From Alphaproteobacteria bacterium (GTDB lineage: Bacteria > Pseudomonadota > Alphaproteobacteria > MPNO01): a stretch of 64,000 nucleotides of DNA. Shown here in pieces: positions 19,181-27,638 of this stretch. Position numbers and translations under genes: made by a program. The notes beneath the pieces were generated by a model. That model was not told the DNA's origin. It did not search any database and was given only the letters and a program-made list of their open reading frames with translations. The first letter of the stretch is position 1. Every line of letters starts with the position of its first letter. Location: NCBI GenBank assembly GCA_964291675.2, contig OZ219866.1:2912001-2976000 (forward strand), in the 5' to 3' direction.

Positions 19181-19978
19181 ATGCTGAACGTCGTCCTGAT
19201 CGGCCGCGGGGCCATCGCCACCGAGGTTCTCAAGCACATCCGGCCGGGCGCCGGGGCGGCGGTCACCGGCGTGCTGGTCCGCCCCGGGCGGGAGGCCGCT
19301 GCGCGCGCCGCCCTGCCGGCGACGCTGGAGGTGGCGGGCGCCATCGGCGAGCTCCCCACCGTCCCCGACCTGATCGCCGAATGCGCCGGGCACGGCGCGG
19401 TGGCGGAGTTCGGCGAGGATGCGCTGAGGCGCGGCATCGACTTCCTGGCGATCTCCATCGGCGCGCTGGCCGATGCGCCGCTGCGCGCCCGGCTGGAGGC
19501 GGCCGCCGCGGCGGGCGGCGGCAAGCTGATCCTGCCGGCGGGCGCGGTGGCCGGCGCCGATGCGCTGGCGGCGGCGCGTATCGGCGGGCTGGAGCGGGTG
19601 GTCTACACCTCGCGCAAGCCGCCGGGGGCGTGGCGCGGCACCCCGGCCGAGGCGGCGCACGATCTCGACGCGCTCGACCGCCCGACGGTGCTGTTCGAGG
19701 GCGCGGCGGACGAGGCGGCCCGGCTCTACCCGCAGAACGCGAACGTCGCCGCCACCATCGCGCTTGCCGGGGCCGGGTTCGACCGCACCGAGGTGCGGCT
19801 GGTCGCCGATCCCGGGGCCGGCGGCAACATCCACACTGTCCGCGTCGAGGGGACGTTCGGCGCCTTCGACATCGAGGTGCGCGGCAGGCCGCTCCCCGGC
19901 AACCCCAAGACCTCGACGCTCGCCGCCCACAGCGTGGTCGCCGAAATCCTGCGCCGCGCCGCCGCGGTCGAGATCTAG
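19181..19978 (+). CDS. L-aspartate dehydrogenase family protein (NadX-like)
   Basis: GRGAIA, ECAGHGAV, SIGALAD, YTSRKPP, YPQNANVAA and NPKTS motifs. Confidence 0.9.
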   Translation: MLNVVLIGRGAIATEVLKHIRPGAGAAVTGVLVRPGREAAARAALPATLEVAGAIGELPTVPDLIAECAGHGAVAEFGEDALRRGIDFLAISIGALADAPLRARLEAAAAAGGGKLILPAGAVAGADALAAARIGGLERVVYTSRKPPGAWRGTPAEAAHDLDALDRPTVLFEGAADEAARLYPQNANVAATIALAGAGFDRTEVRLVADPGAGGNIHTVRVEGTFGAFDIEVRGRPLPGNPKTSTLAAHSVVAEILRRAAAVEI

Positions 19979-20120
19979 CCCGCCCGCCCTCGCGCCGTCG
20001 CGGCAAATCGCCGCACAGCCCGGCGGGGCGCCCCGTTCGGGGTATATACGCGCTCCGGGACGGGCGGGAATCCCTCCGGCCGCGGCCCGGCCCTCACCCG
20101 AGCGACAGGGGATATCGAGG

Positions 20121-20819
20121 ATGGATGTTCGCCGCTGTGCGGTCGCCGCCGCGACGGTCATGGCAATGGCCGCGCTCGGCAATCCCGGCATGGCCCGCGC
20201 CCGCGGCGGCGGATTCTACGTGACCGTGACCGGGCTGCTCGCGCTCCCGCGCGACTCCGAAATGTCCCAGGAGGGGGAACGCCGGCGGCTGTCCATGGCG
20301 TTCTCGATGAAACCGGGTGTCGGGGTGCTGGCCGCCGCCGGCTACCGCTTCCGCTCGGGGCTGCAGGCCGAGCTCGAGCTCGGCTATCGCCGATCCAGAT
20401 TCGGCGAGGCGACGAGAATCGAAGCCGGGCACGGCGCCGCCGCTTCGACGCTGTCAGGGAAGTTTCCCGTCGACGGAAGGCTGAACACGTTGAGCCTGAT
20501 GGCCAACGGTACCTACAGCCTCAGAATGCGCAGGTTCCGACCCTATGCCGGGCTCGGCCTGGGGCTGGCGACCCACATGGCCAAGATCGACCCGGTAACG
20601 GTGCGGAGCAACGGCGCTGCGTACACCGCGTTCGCGACCTCGGACAACGCGACGGTGTTCGCCTATCAGGCCATGGCCGGACTCGGCTATCGGGTCACGC
20701 GCAGGATGGAGATCAGGCTGGGGTACCGCTACTTCGCCACCCTGAAGCCGGATTTCGGGGACACCGGGTTGACCTACGGCGCCCACAACGTCGAAGCGGG
20801 GCTGCTCTACCGGTACTGA
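20121..20819 (+). CDS. Outer-membrane beta-barrel protein (8-stranded, OmpA/opacity-like)
   Basis: Signal peptide; ELELGYR, PYAGLGLG, FAYQAMAGLGY and LGYRYF; C-terminal aromatic residue (YRY). Confidence 0.85.
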   Translation: MDVRRCAVAAATVMAMAALGNPGMARARGGGFYVTVTGLLALPRDSEMSQEGERRRLSMAFSMKPGVGVLAAAGYRFRSGLQAELELGYRRSRFGEATRIEAGHGAAASTLSGKFPVDGRLNTLSLMANGTYSLRMRRFRPYAGLGLGLATHMAKIDPVTVRSNGAAYTAFATSDNATVFAYQAMAGLGYRVTRRMEIRLGYRYFATLKPDFGDTGLTYGAHNVEAGLLYRY

Positions 20820-20833
20820 CCGCGGCGGGCCGC

Positions 20834-22327
20834 TCACAGGCGGTTCACCGTCTCCCGCAGCTCGTGCTTGAGGGTCTTGCCCATCGCGTTCCTGGGCAGC
20901 GCGTCGACGAACAGGACGTCCTTGGGGTGCTTGAAGCGGGCGAGCCTGCCCTCGAAGCGGGCGAGGAAGTCCGCCGGAGGGATCGCCGCGCCCGCCGCCG
21001 GGACGACCACGGCGACCGGCACCTCGCCCCAGCGCGAATCCGCCCGGCCGACCACCGCGACGTCCTCCACATCGTCCATGCGGTGGACGAGCTGCTCGAT
21101 CTCGGCCGGGTAGATGTTCTCGCCGCCCGAGATCACGATGTCCTTCTTGCGGTCGTTGACGAACACGTCGCCGTCGGCATCGCGGTAGGCGACATCGCCG
21201 GTATGGAACCAGCCGCCCTTGATGGCGCGGCGGGTCTCTTCCCGGTTGTTCCAGTATTCGAGAAGCACGTTGCCGCCGCGGATCAGGATCTCCCCCGACT
21301 CCCCGTCCGGCAGCGGATTGCCGGCCTCGTCGGCGATCGCCATCTCGCAGTGCAACCCGCATTTCCCGGTCGAGCGCGGCTTCAGGCGGCAATCCCCCGG
21401 CTTCTGGTAGATCGCGACCGGCGCGGTCTCGGTCAGGCCATAGGTCTGGCACACCGGGATGCCGCGCGCATGGACCGCCTCGATCAGGTGCAGCGGAACG
21501 ATGGACGAACCGGTGGTCAGCAGGCGCAGGCTGGAGAGGTCCGCCTCCGCCCATCCGGGGAGGTCGATCACCGCCTGGATGGTCGCCGGCACCAGCACCG
21601 TCTGGGTCGGGCGGTCGTCCACGATCGCGCGCAGCGTCGCCGCGGCGTCGAAGCGGCGGTGCAGGATCACCGTGCCTCCGACATAGAAGGCGGGCGAGGT
21701 CAGGATGTTGAGCCCGCCGACATGGAACATCGGCAGCACCGTCAGCACCCGGTCGGTATCGGTGAGCCCGGCATAGTGGATGCAGTGATGCGCGTTGACC
21801 TGGATCGCCTCCTGGGCGAGCACCGCGCCCTTGGGACGGCCCGTGGTGCCCGAGGTGTAGACCAGCAGGCAGGGCGTCTCGCGCCCCGCCCCCGGGTTCC
21901 TGTCGTCGCCGCTCGCCGTCTCCGCGTCCCGGGCTATCCCGTCCGCTGGAACCACCGCCGCCGGGCAATCGCCGGCCGCGGCGCGCGCGAGGTCGAGATG
22001 ATCGGCGTCCGCCACCAGCACGCGCGGCGCCGAATCGCCAAGGATGTAGGCGAGCTCCGGCGCCACCAGGCGCCAGTTGAGCGGCGAGAACATCGCGCCG
22101 AGTCGCGCGCAGGCGAAGAACAGCGCCAGCATCGCCGGGCTGTTGAAGCCGAGGAAGGCGACCCGGTCGCCGGGCCGGACCCCGTGCACGCCCTTCAGCG
22201 CCCGCGCGCAGCCGCTTATGGTCTCGGCAAAGCGGGCGTAATCGATGTCCTCGCCCTCGAAGCGGATCGCGGTCTTCGACGGGGCGAACGCGGCGTTCTT
22301 CTCGACCCAGGACGACAGATCGCTCAT
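20834..22327 (-). CDS. AMP-dependent acyl-CoA synthetase/ligase
   Basis: YTSGTTGRPKG, YGLTET, WFHTGD, SGGENIYPAEIE and LPRNAMGK motifs. Confidence 0.93.
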   Translation of the reverse strand: MSDLSSWVEKNAAFAPSKTAIRFEGEDIDYARFAETISGCARALKGVHGVRPGDRVAFLGFNSPAMLALFFACARLGAMFSPLNWRLVAPELAYILGDSAPRVLVADADHLDLARAAAGDCPAAVVPADGIARDAETASGDDRNPGAGRETPCLLVYTSGTTGRPKGAVLAQEAIQVNAHHCIHYAGLTDTDRVLTVLPMFHVGGLNILTSPAFYVGGTVILHRRFDAAATLRAIVDDRPTQTVLVPATIQAVIDLPGWAEADLSSLRLLTTGSSIVPLHLIEAVHARGIPVCQTYGLTETAPVAIYQKPGDCRLKPRSTGKCGLHCEMAIADEAGNPLPDGESGEILIRGGNVLLEYWNNREETRRAIKGGWFHTGDVAYRDADGDVFVNDRKKDIVISGGENIYPAEIEQLVHRMDDVEDVAVVGRADSRWGEVPVAVVVPAAGAAIPPADFLARFEGRLARFKHPKDVLFVDALPRNAMGKTLKHELRETVNRL

Positions 22328-23580
22328 TCGTCCTCCTCGCCGCGCTCGTACAGCGCCTCGCGGCCGAGCTTGTCGATGCAGAGCTCGGCCGTCCAGGGCA
22401 GCATCAGCGAGCCGCAGCGGCTGTCGCGGTAGAGCCGCTCCAGCGGCAGGCTTTTCAGCATCGACTGCCCGCCGCAGGTGCGGATCGCCTTCTGGCAGAG
22501 GTCGTTGGCGGTCTCCATCACCGTGTACTGGGCGCAGTAGGCGCGCAGAACGGACGCCTTGGACGGGTTGGCGCGCGCCTCGCCGAGCATCTGGAACCAC
22601 AGCGCCTTGGCCTGCTCCAGCGCGACCAGCATCTCGGCCACGGCGTGCTGCTTGGTCGGGTACATGCGCCGCTTGACCGGCGGCATCCCCGGCACCTCGC
22701 CGCGCAAATAGCGCACCGTGAAGTCGTACGCCGCCTGGGCGATCCCCATATAGCTCGGGGTGAGCGTCGTGAACATGTGCGGCCAGCGGGTCGCGGCCTC
22801 GAAATAGATCCCCTTGGGCATCAGCGCCGCGTCGTCCGGCACGAACACGTTCTCGAACAGGAGATTGCGCGAGACCGTCCCGCGCATTCCCAACGGGTCC
22901 CAGTCGCCGACCACGCTCACCCCCTCGGCCTCGGCGGGGATGGCGAAATACATCGTGTCGCGGCGGCTCAGATTCTCCCTCTTCTCGGTGCACAGCACGC
23001 CGTAATAGTCGGCCGAGCCCGCGAGCGAGGCGAAGATCTTCTTGCCGTTGATCACCCAGCCGCCGTCCACCCGGTCGGCCAGCGTGCCGAACGGGCGGAA
23101 CCCCGCCGCCGCCGCGCCGCCTTCGGAGAACGGCTGGGCGTAGATCGCGCCCTTCTCGACGATCCGGGCGTAGTGCAGCGCGCGCCGCCGGTTGTGCTCG
23201 CGCCTTTGGCTGCGGGTCATCGGCAGGTCGTCGGCGAGCGCGCCGGTCCACAGGCACGAGCTCACATGCATGTTGAAGGTGAGCGCCGTCGACCCGCAGT
23301 AGCGCCCGATCTCGGCCGCCATCAGCGAATAGGCCTTGAGGTCGGCGCCGTGCCCGCCGTGCTTCTTCGGCACGCACACCGCGAGCAGGCCGGATTTGTG
23401 GAGGTCGCGGTAATTCGCCATCGGGAAGATCGCGTCGCGGTCCCACTTCTCGGCCCGTCCCGCGAACCTGTCCTCGCCGAGGCGTCTTGCCTCGGCGCAG
23501 AGCGCGGCCGCTTCGTCGGTCAGGCCGAAATAGTCCGGGTCGAACATCGGCGCGTCGCGCCCGCCGGTGCCGGTCGCCAT
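22324..23580 (-). CDS. Acyl-CoA dehydrogenase family flavoprotein
   Basis: INGKKIFAS, WDPLGMRGTVS and LERLYRDSRCG motifs. Confidence 0.9.
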   Translation of the reverse strand: MATGTGGRDAPMFDPDYFGLTDEAAALCAEARRLGEDRFAGRAEKWDRDAIFPMANYRDLHKSGLLAVCVPKKHGGHGADLKAYSLMAAEIGRYCGSTALTFNMHVSSCLWTGALADDLPMTRSQRREHNRRRALHYARIVEKGAIYAQPFSEGGAAAAGFRPFGTLADRVDGGWVINGKKIFASLAGSADYYGVLCTEKRENLSRRDTMYFAIPAEAEGVSVVGDWDPLGMRGTVSRNLLFENVFVPDDAALMPKGIYFEAATRWPHMFTTLTPSYMGIAQAAYDFTVRYLRGEVPGMPPVKRRMYPTKQHAVAEMLVALEQAKALWFQMLGEARANPSKASVLRAYCAQYTVMETANDLCQKAIRTCGGQSMLKSLPLERLYRDSRCGSLMLPWTAELCIDKLGREALYERGEEDE

Positions 23581-23630
23581 GTCTCACGCCCTCCGCTTAC
23601 AGAGAAAATTGCCGCCCCGATGGATCGCGG

Positions 23631-24677
23631 TCATGCCCCGCCGTCGACCAGGCGGCCGGATTCGACCACCGGCACCCCGTCGAGGCTGACCGTGCAGTTC
23701 CGCATCGGCAGGTCGAAATGCCCGAGCGTGTGACGATCGGCGAACTCGTTGGCGCCGGTCGAGTACAGGAAGTTGCCGGCAAACGCCCGGATCTCGGTGC
23801 CGTTGAAGTCGCGCCGGTCGTACATGGTGAGCGCCTCGTAGCGCGCCGCCTCGTTCAGCCCCCAGCCGACATGCGAGGTGGCGTAGGCCTCGCGGTCGCC
23901 CCAGGCGGCCCAGTAGCGCCGGAACAGCTCGGCGTCGGTGCCCTCGCCCTCGACGGCGGTGACGTAGTCGTCCTCGATGGTGAGCCCGACCGGCGCCTCG
24001 AGATAGCGCTTGAAGGTCAGGTTGACGTCGCCGGTATCGAGCACCAGCCGGCCCTGCACCGAGCCCGCGGCGGGGAAGGCGACCACGATCCCGCCCGGCC
24101 AGTGGGCGACGGTCTTGGGACGGTCGCAATAGCCCCACACCCCGGCGCTCGGCGCCCCGTCGAGGGCGACCGTCAGGTCCGAACCGGCGTTCGAGGTCAC
24201 GCGCATCTGCTTCGCCGCGCGGACCCGCTTGACCGCCGCCTTGACGCGGTCGGTGAGCGCCGGGTCGGGCACCAGGCGCTCCAGCGCGTCGGGATGCTCG
24301 TTGCTGACCATCAGCAGCCGCGCGCCGTCGCCGATGATGTCGGGCAGCTCGGGCGCGTGCAGCATCCCTTCCACCGTGAGATCGACCACGAGGGAGCTCG
24401 CCGCCAGCGCCTTGACCGCCGGGCCGAGCCCCTGCAAGGCGGGCGATGCGCCGGTGGAACGCACCGGCACCGGCGCGGTCTGCGGCGGCGAGACGACGGT
24501 GACGTGGAACGGGCGGGCGCCGCGCCTGAGCAGCGCGAGCTCGGCGAGCTGCACGTTGAGCCGCCGCGACTGGGTCTCCGAGAGGATCGCGACTTCCTCG
24601 CCCTTCCCGACCCTGCACAGGCCGAAGACGGTATCGAACGCCGCGATCCAGCGTTCCTCGATTCGGTCGGTGAACAA
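23631..24677 (-). CDS. Peptidase M29-fold protein, NicX (2,5-dihydroxypyridine dioxygenase)-like
   Basis: ILSETQS, SHVGWGLN, GNFLYSTGAN and GHFDLPMRNCTV resemble NicX metal-ligand motifs; TTG start. Confidence 0.7.
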   Translation of the reverse strand: MFTDRIEERWIAAFDTVFGLCRVGKGEEVAILSETQSRRLNVQLAELALLRRGARPFHVTVVSPPQTAPVPVRSTGASPALQGLGPAVKALAASSLVVDLTVEGMLHAPELPDIIGDGARLLMVSNEHPDALERLVPDPALTDRVKAAVKRVRAAKQMRVTSNAGSDLTVALDGAPSAGVWGYCDRPKTVAHWPGGIVVAFPAAGSVQGRLVLDTGDVNLTFKRYLEAPVGLTIEDDYVTAVEGEGTDAELFRRYWAAWGDREAYATSHVGWGLNEAARYEALTMYDRRDFNGTEIRAFAGNFLYSTGANEFADRHTLGHFDLPMRNCTVSLDGVPVVESGRLVDGGA

Positions 24678-24763
24678 TTGCGGTCTCCCCTAACCCTCGC
24701 CCCGCTGTTGTAGCATCCCCGGGGCGGCAATAAAGTCCCGGCGACAGAGGGGGAGAGCCTGCG

Positions 24764-26398
24764 ATGAGCCGACGCCTGACGGTCCACGATCCGCGCGGCA
24801 CGCCGCCCGGGGTCGCCGGAGAGCGGCTTGCGCCGCGGCTCCGGAGCCTCGACGGCAAGGTGGTCTATCTGGTCGATTGCCTGTTCGACAATTCCGACAG
24901 GTTCATGGGCGAGCTGCTCGACTGGTTCGGCGGCAACCTGCCCTCGGTCGATGCCAGGATCGTCAAGCCGCGCGAGAGCTGGGTCGACGATCCCGATATG
25001 CGCAAGCGGATCGAGCACGACGGCGACGGGGCGATCCTCGGGGTCGGGCTGTGAAGCACCTGCAGCCCGACGGTCGTCGGGCTCGCGCTCGACCTCGAAC
25101 GCGCCGGGGTACCCGCCGTCGCGGTCCACACCGAGGTGTTCTCGCAGCTCGTGAAATCCACGGCGCTGGCCAACGGCATGCCGACGGCGCGCCAGGCCTT
25201 CGTCCCCCAGCCGGTCGTCGACCGCACGGCGGCGCAGCTCCGCTCCTATATCGAGGGCGCGGACCCGGTCTCCGGCCGCCCCTTCCTGCGCGAGGTGATC
25301 GAAGGGCTGACCCGCCCGCTCGACGACGCCGATCTGAGCGGGCTCTCCTTCGAACGCGCCACGCCGCGCCTGCTGGAGCCCGACGGCGAGGACAACCTGC
25401 GCGCCTTGTTCGAGGAGAACCGCTGGACCGACCATTTGCCGATCGTCCTGCCGACCGAGGAGCGGGTCGAGGCGATGCTGCGCGGCACCGGCCGCAGCCC
25501 CGACGAGGTCGTGGGCACGCTCAGGCCGACCGCCTATCGCGAGGCCTGGGAATTCACCGTCGAGAAGGTCGCGGTCAACGCCGTCATGGCGGGCGCAAGG
25601 CCCGAATACCTGCCGGTCATCCTCGCGCTGGCTGCGACCGGGCAGACCGCGCGCTCGTCGAGCACCAACTCGTTTGCCGTCATCGGGGTGGTCAACGGGC
25701 CGATCCGCACGGAAATCGGCATGAATGACGGCATCGGCGCGATGGGTCCCTACAACCACGCCAACGCGACGATCGGGCGGGCCTACAACCTCGCCTCGAT
25801 CAACCTGCAAGGCGGCTCGGTCCCGGGCGACACCTATATGGGCTCGGTCGGCAACTGGTACAACTATTCCTCCACCTTCGCCGAGGCCGAGCAGCGCAGC
25901 CCGTGGCAGCCGCTCCACGTCCAGAAGGGATTTGACGCCGAAGAGAGCGCCGCGAGCGTGTTCTTCGGCGCGTGGTACACCCATGCCGGGTACGGACCGC
26001 GCGAGACATGGCAGGAGAATTTCCGGCGCTCGCTCGCCGGCTGCGAGCACCATTTCCCGCCGCTCTTCGTGATGGACCCGATCTGCGCCCGCGGCCTGGT
26101 CGAGCTCGGCTTCGACACCAAGGAGAAGATGATCGACTGGCTCGCCGACAACGCCCGCCTGCCGGCGCGCGAGTACTGGGACAACCAGTGGGTCAAGACC
26201 CTGATCCACCCGCTCGCGGTGGCCGGCGTCGAGCCCTTCGCGACCCGGCTGCGCGCCGCGCCCGAGGAGCCGATCCGCATCTTCGAGCCGTCCGACATCA
26301 ACATCGTCGTCGCCGGCGGCGAGACCCAGGGCGCGTGGAAGATGATCGCCGGGCGCTACAGCCAAGGCGGCACGGTGTCGATCGACGCCTGGCGCTGA
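24764..26398 (+). CDS. Selenoprotein candidate, 544 aa, Sec97 in a U-S-T-C motif (UGSC-like domain fused to a larger C-terminal domain)
   Basis: ORFs 24764-25054 and 25136-26398 are in the same frame, separated only by TGA 25052-25054; readthrough gives GAILGVGL-U-STCSPTVVGLALDLERAGVPAVAV; a SECIS-like hairpin follows. Confidence 0.85.
25052..25087 (+). promoter_or_regulatory. Bacterial SECIS element after the in-frame UGA
   Basis: Stem AGCCCGAC (25064-25071) / GTCGGGCT (25076-25083) with a GGTC loop 17 nt after the UGA; loop starts with G, as in the E. coli fdhF SECIS. Confidence 0.75.
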
Positions 26399-26444
26399 GG
26401 CCGCGCGGGAGGTCGACTCGGCGTGGAGCCCCCGGCGATCCCGC

Positions 26445-26588
26445 TTGACATCCTCTACGGTATGATTGTGTAACTGCACTCAAATGCCCTCTGGCGTCCC
26501 GCGCACCCGTCCGGGAGCGTGGCATGTCAGGCACATAATTTTCGGAATGAGGACCGAGTGCGGGCGGTCGCCCCACTCGGTTTTTTTT
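26445..26588 (+). ncRNA. Candidate small RNA or leader/attenuator (includes a -35-like hexamer and the terminator)
   Basis: AT-rich intergenic island; TTGACA at 26445 (no -10 at canonical spacing); ends in a strong intrinsic terminator; no convincing ORF. Confidence 0.35.
26553..26588 (+). terminator. Rho-independent terminator
   Basis: ACCGAGTG-C-GGGCG-GT-CGCCC-CACTCGGT stem running into a T8 tract (26581-26588). Confidence 0.85.
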
Positions 26589-26723
26589 CGGCACATCAGG
26601 AACATAAGCCCCGCAGGGGACGTATCGAGGGACGCGGCCGAGGTTGAAGGGACCGCCGCGCTTCTATCCGAACCGGACAGGCTCTAACATCGCCGGATCG
26701 GAACCGCTGGGGAGGCACAGGCG

Positions 26724-27359
26724 ATGGCCGTAATCTTCGAAAACGTGCTGCCGCCCAAGACCGGGCTCGCGCTCGAAATCGAAACCGGGCAGCGGCTCCG
26801 CGTGATCGACCTCGAAGGGCAGCAGGTGGTCGACATGGCGTTGTTCAACCGCGACAACCCGCGCGAGAAGCTGTCGACCTCGTATTCGCGCACCCGCTAC
26901 ATCCCGGCGCCCGGGGCGCAATACGTGCCGCGCGACTCGTTGAGCGTCGGCGACACGCTGATGTCGACCTCGTGCCGGCCGATGATGACGATCACCGCCG
27001 ACACGCCCACGCCCAAGGGCGTCCATGACGTGCATAACCGGATGTGCAACCGCTACCTCTACGAGAGCCACGGCGTCGGGCCGAGGGACGGCTGCCACGA
27101 GATCATCGCCGGCGTGATGCAGCCCTACGGCATCGGCTACGACGACATCCCGGACACGATGGATCTGTTCATGAACTACCACCACGACTGCAGCCAGAAG
27201 CGGTGGATCATCGATTTTCCGGTTTCGCAGCCGGGCGACTACATCGAGTTCGAGGCGAGGATGGCGCTGCTCGTCGGCCTCTCGAACTGCCCCATGGACG
27301 TGCTCGCGCCGTGCAACGCCTATAACTGCACAAGGGTGAAGGTCGAGATCCGCGACTGA
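26724..27359 (+). CDS. DUF1989 / urea carboxylase-associated family protein
   Basis: GQRLRVIDLEGQQVVD, HDVHNRMC, GCHE, DLFMN, SQPGDYIEFEA, SNCP and CNAYN motifs. Confidence 0.9.
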   Translation: MAVIFENVLPPKTGLALEIETGQRLRVIDLEGQQVVDMALFNRDNPREKLSTSYSRTRYIPAPGAQYVPRDSLSVGDTLMSTSCRPMMTITADTPTPKGVHDVHNRMCNRYLYESHGVGPRDGCHEIIAGVMQPYGIGYDDIPDTMDLFMNYHHDCSQKRWIIDFPVSQPGDYIEFEARMALLVGLSNCPMDVLAPCNAYNCTRVKVEIRD

Positions 27360-27370
27360 GCGTCAAGGCC

Positions 27371-27638
27371 AGCCCGGATTTCCCGCCCCTGTCACGGCCT
27401 GCGTCGCGCCCGGGCGTTCGTCCCGCCAGGAGCGGGCCGAAGAGCGTATCGGGCAATACGGTCGAGGCCCGCGACGCAGCGGGCGGGCGCCCGGGCGCGA
27501 CCCTTCGGGCGGCGCTGTCCGGCCGACAGGGTGCGCAGACGCGCTTGCCCGATGTCCCCGCATCGCGCCGCGCGCCTCTCCTGCCCTGTCGGCCGGACAG
27601 CGCCGCGCAGGCCATGACAGGGGCGGGAAATCCGGGCT
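27371..27638. repeat. Multi-arm palindromic element (REP-derived composite or MITE-like)
   Basis: 33-bp terminal inverted repeat (27371-27403 vs 27606-27638, one mismatch) enclosing two further long inverted repeats. Confidence 0.75.

Noticed and set aside
20834-23587. 917-aa ORF as an acyl-CoA dehydrogenase-ligase fusion
   Set aside because: The dehydrogenase is in another frame; the ligase starts at 22327 through an ATGA overlap.
26466-26687. 73-aa small ORF in the intergenic island
   Set aside because: No RBS, atypical codon usage, and it runs through an intrinsic terminator.
26400-26723. Known guanidine riboswitch upstream of DUF1989
   Set aside because: No match by eye to guanidine-I, -II (paired ACGR-loop hairpins) or -III consensus; kept only as an unassigned RNA candidate.
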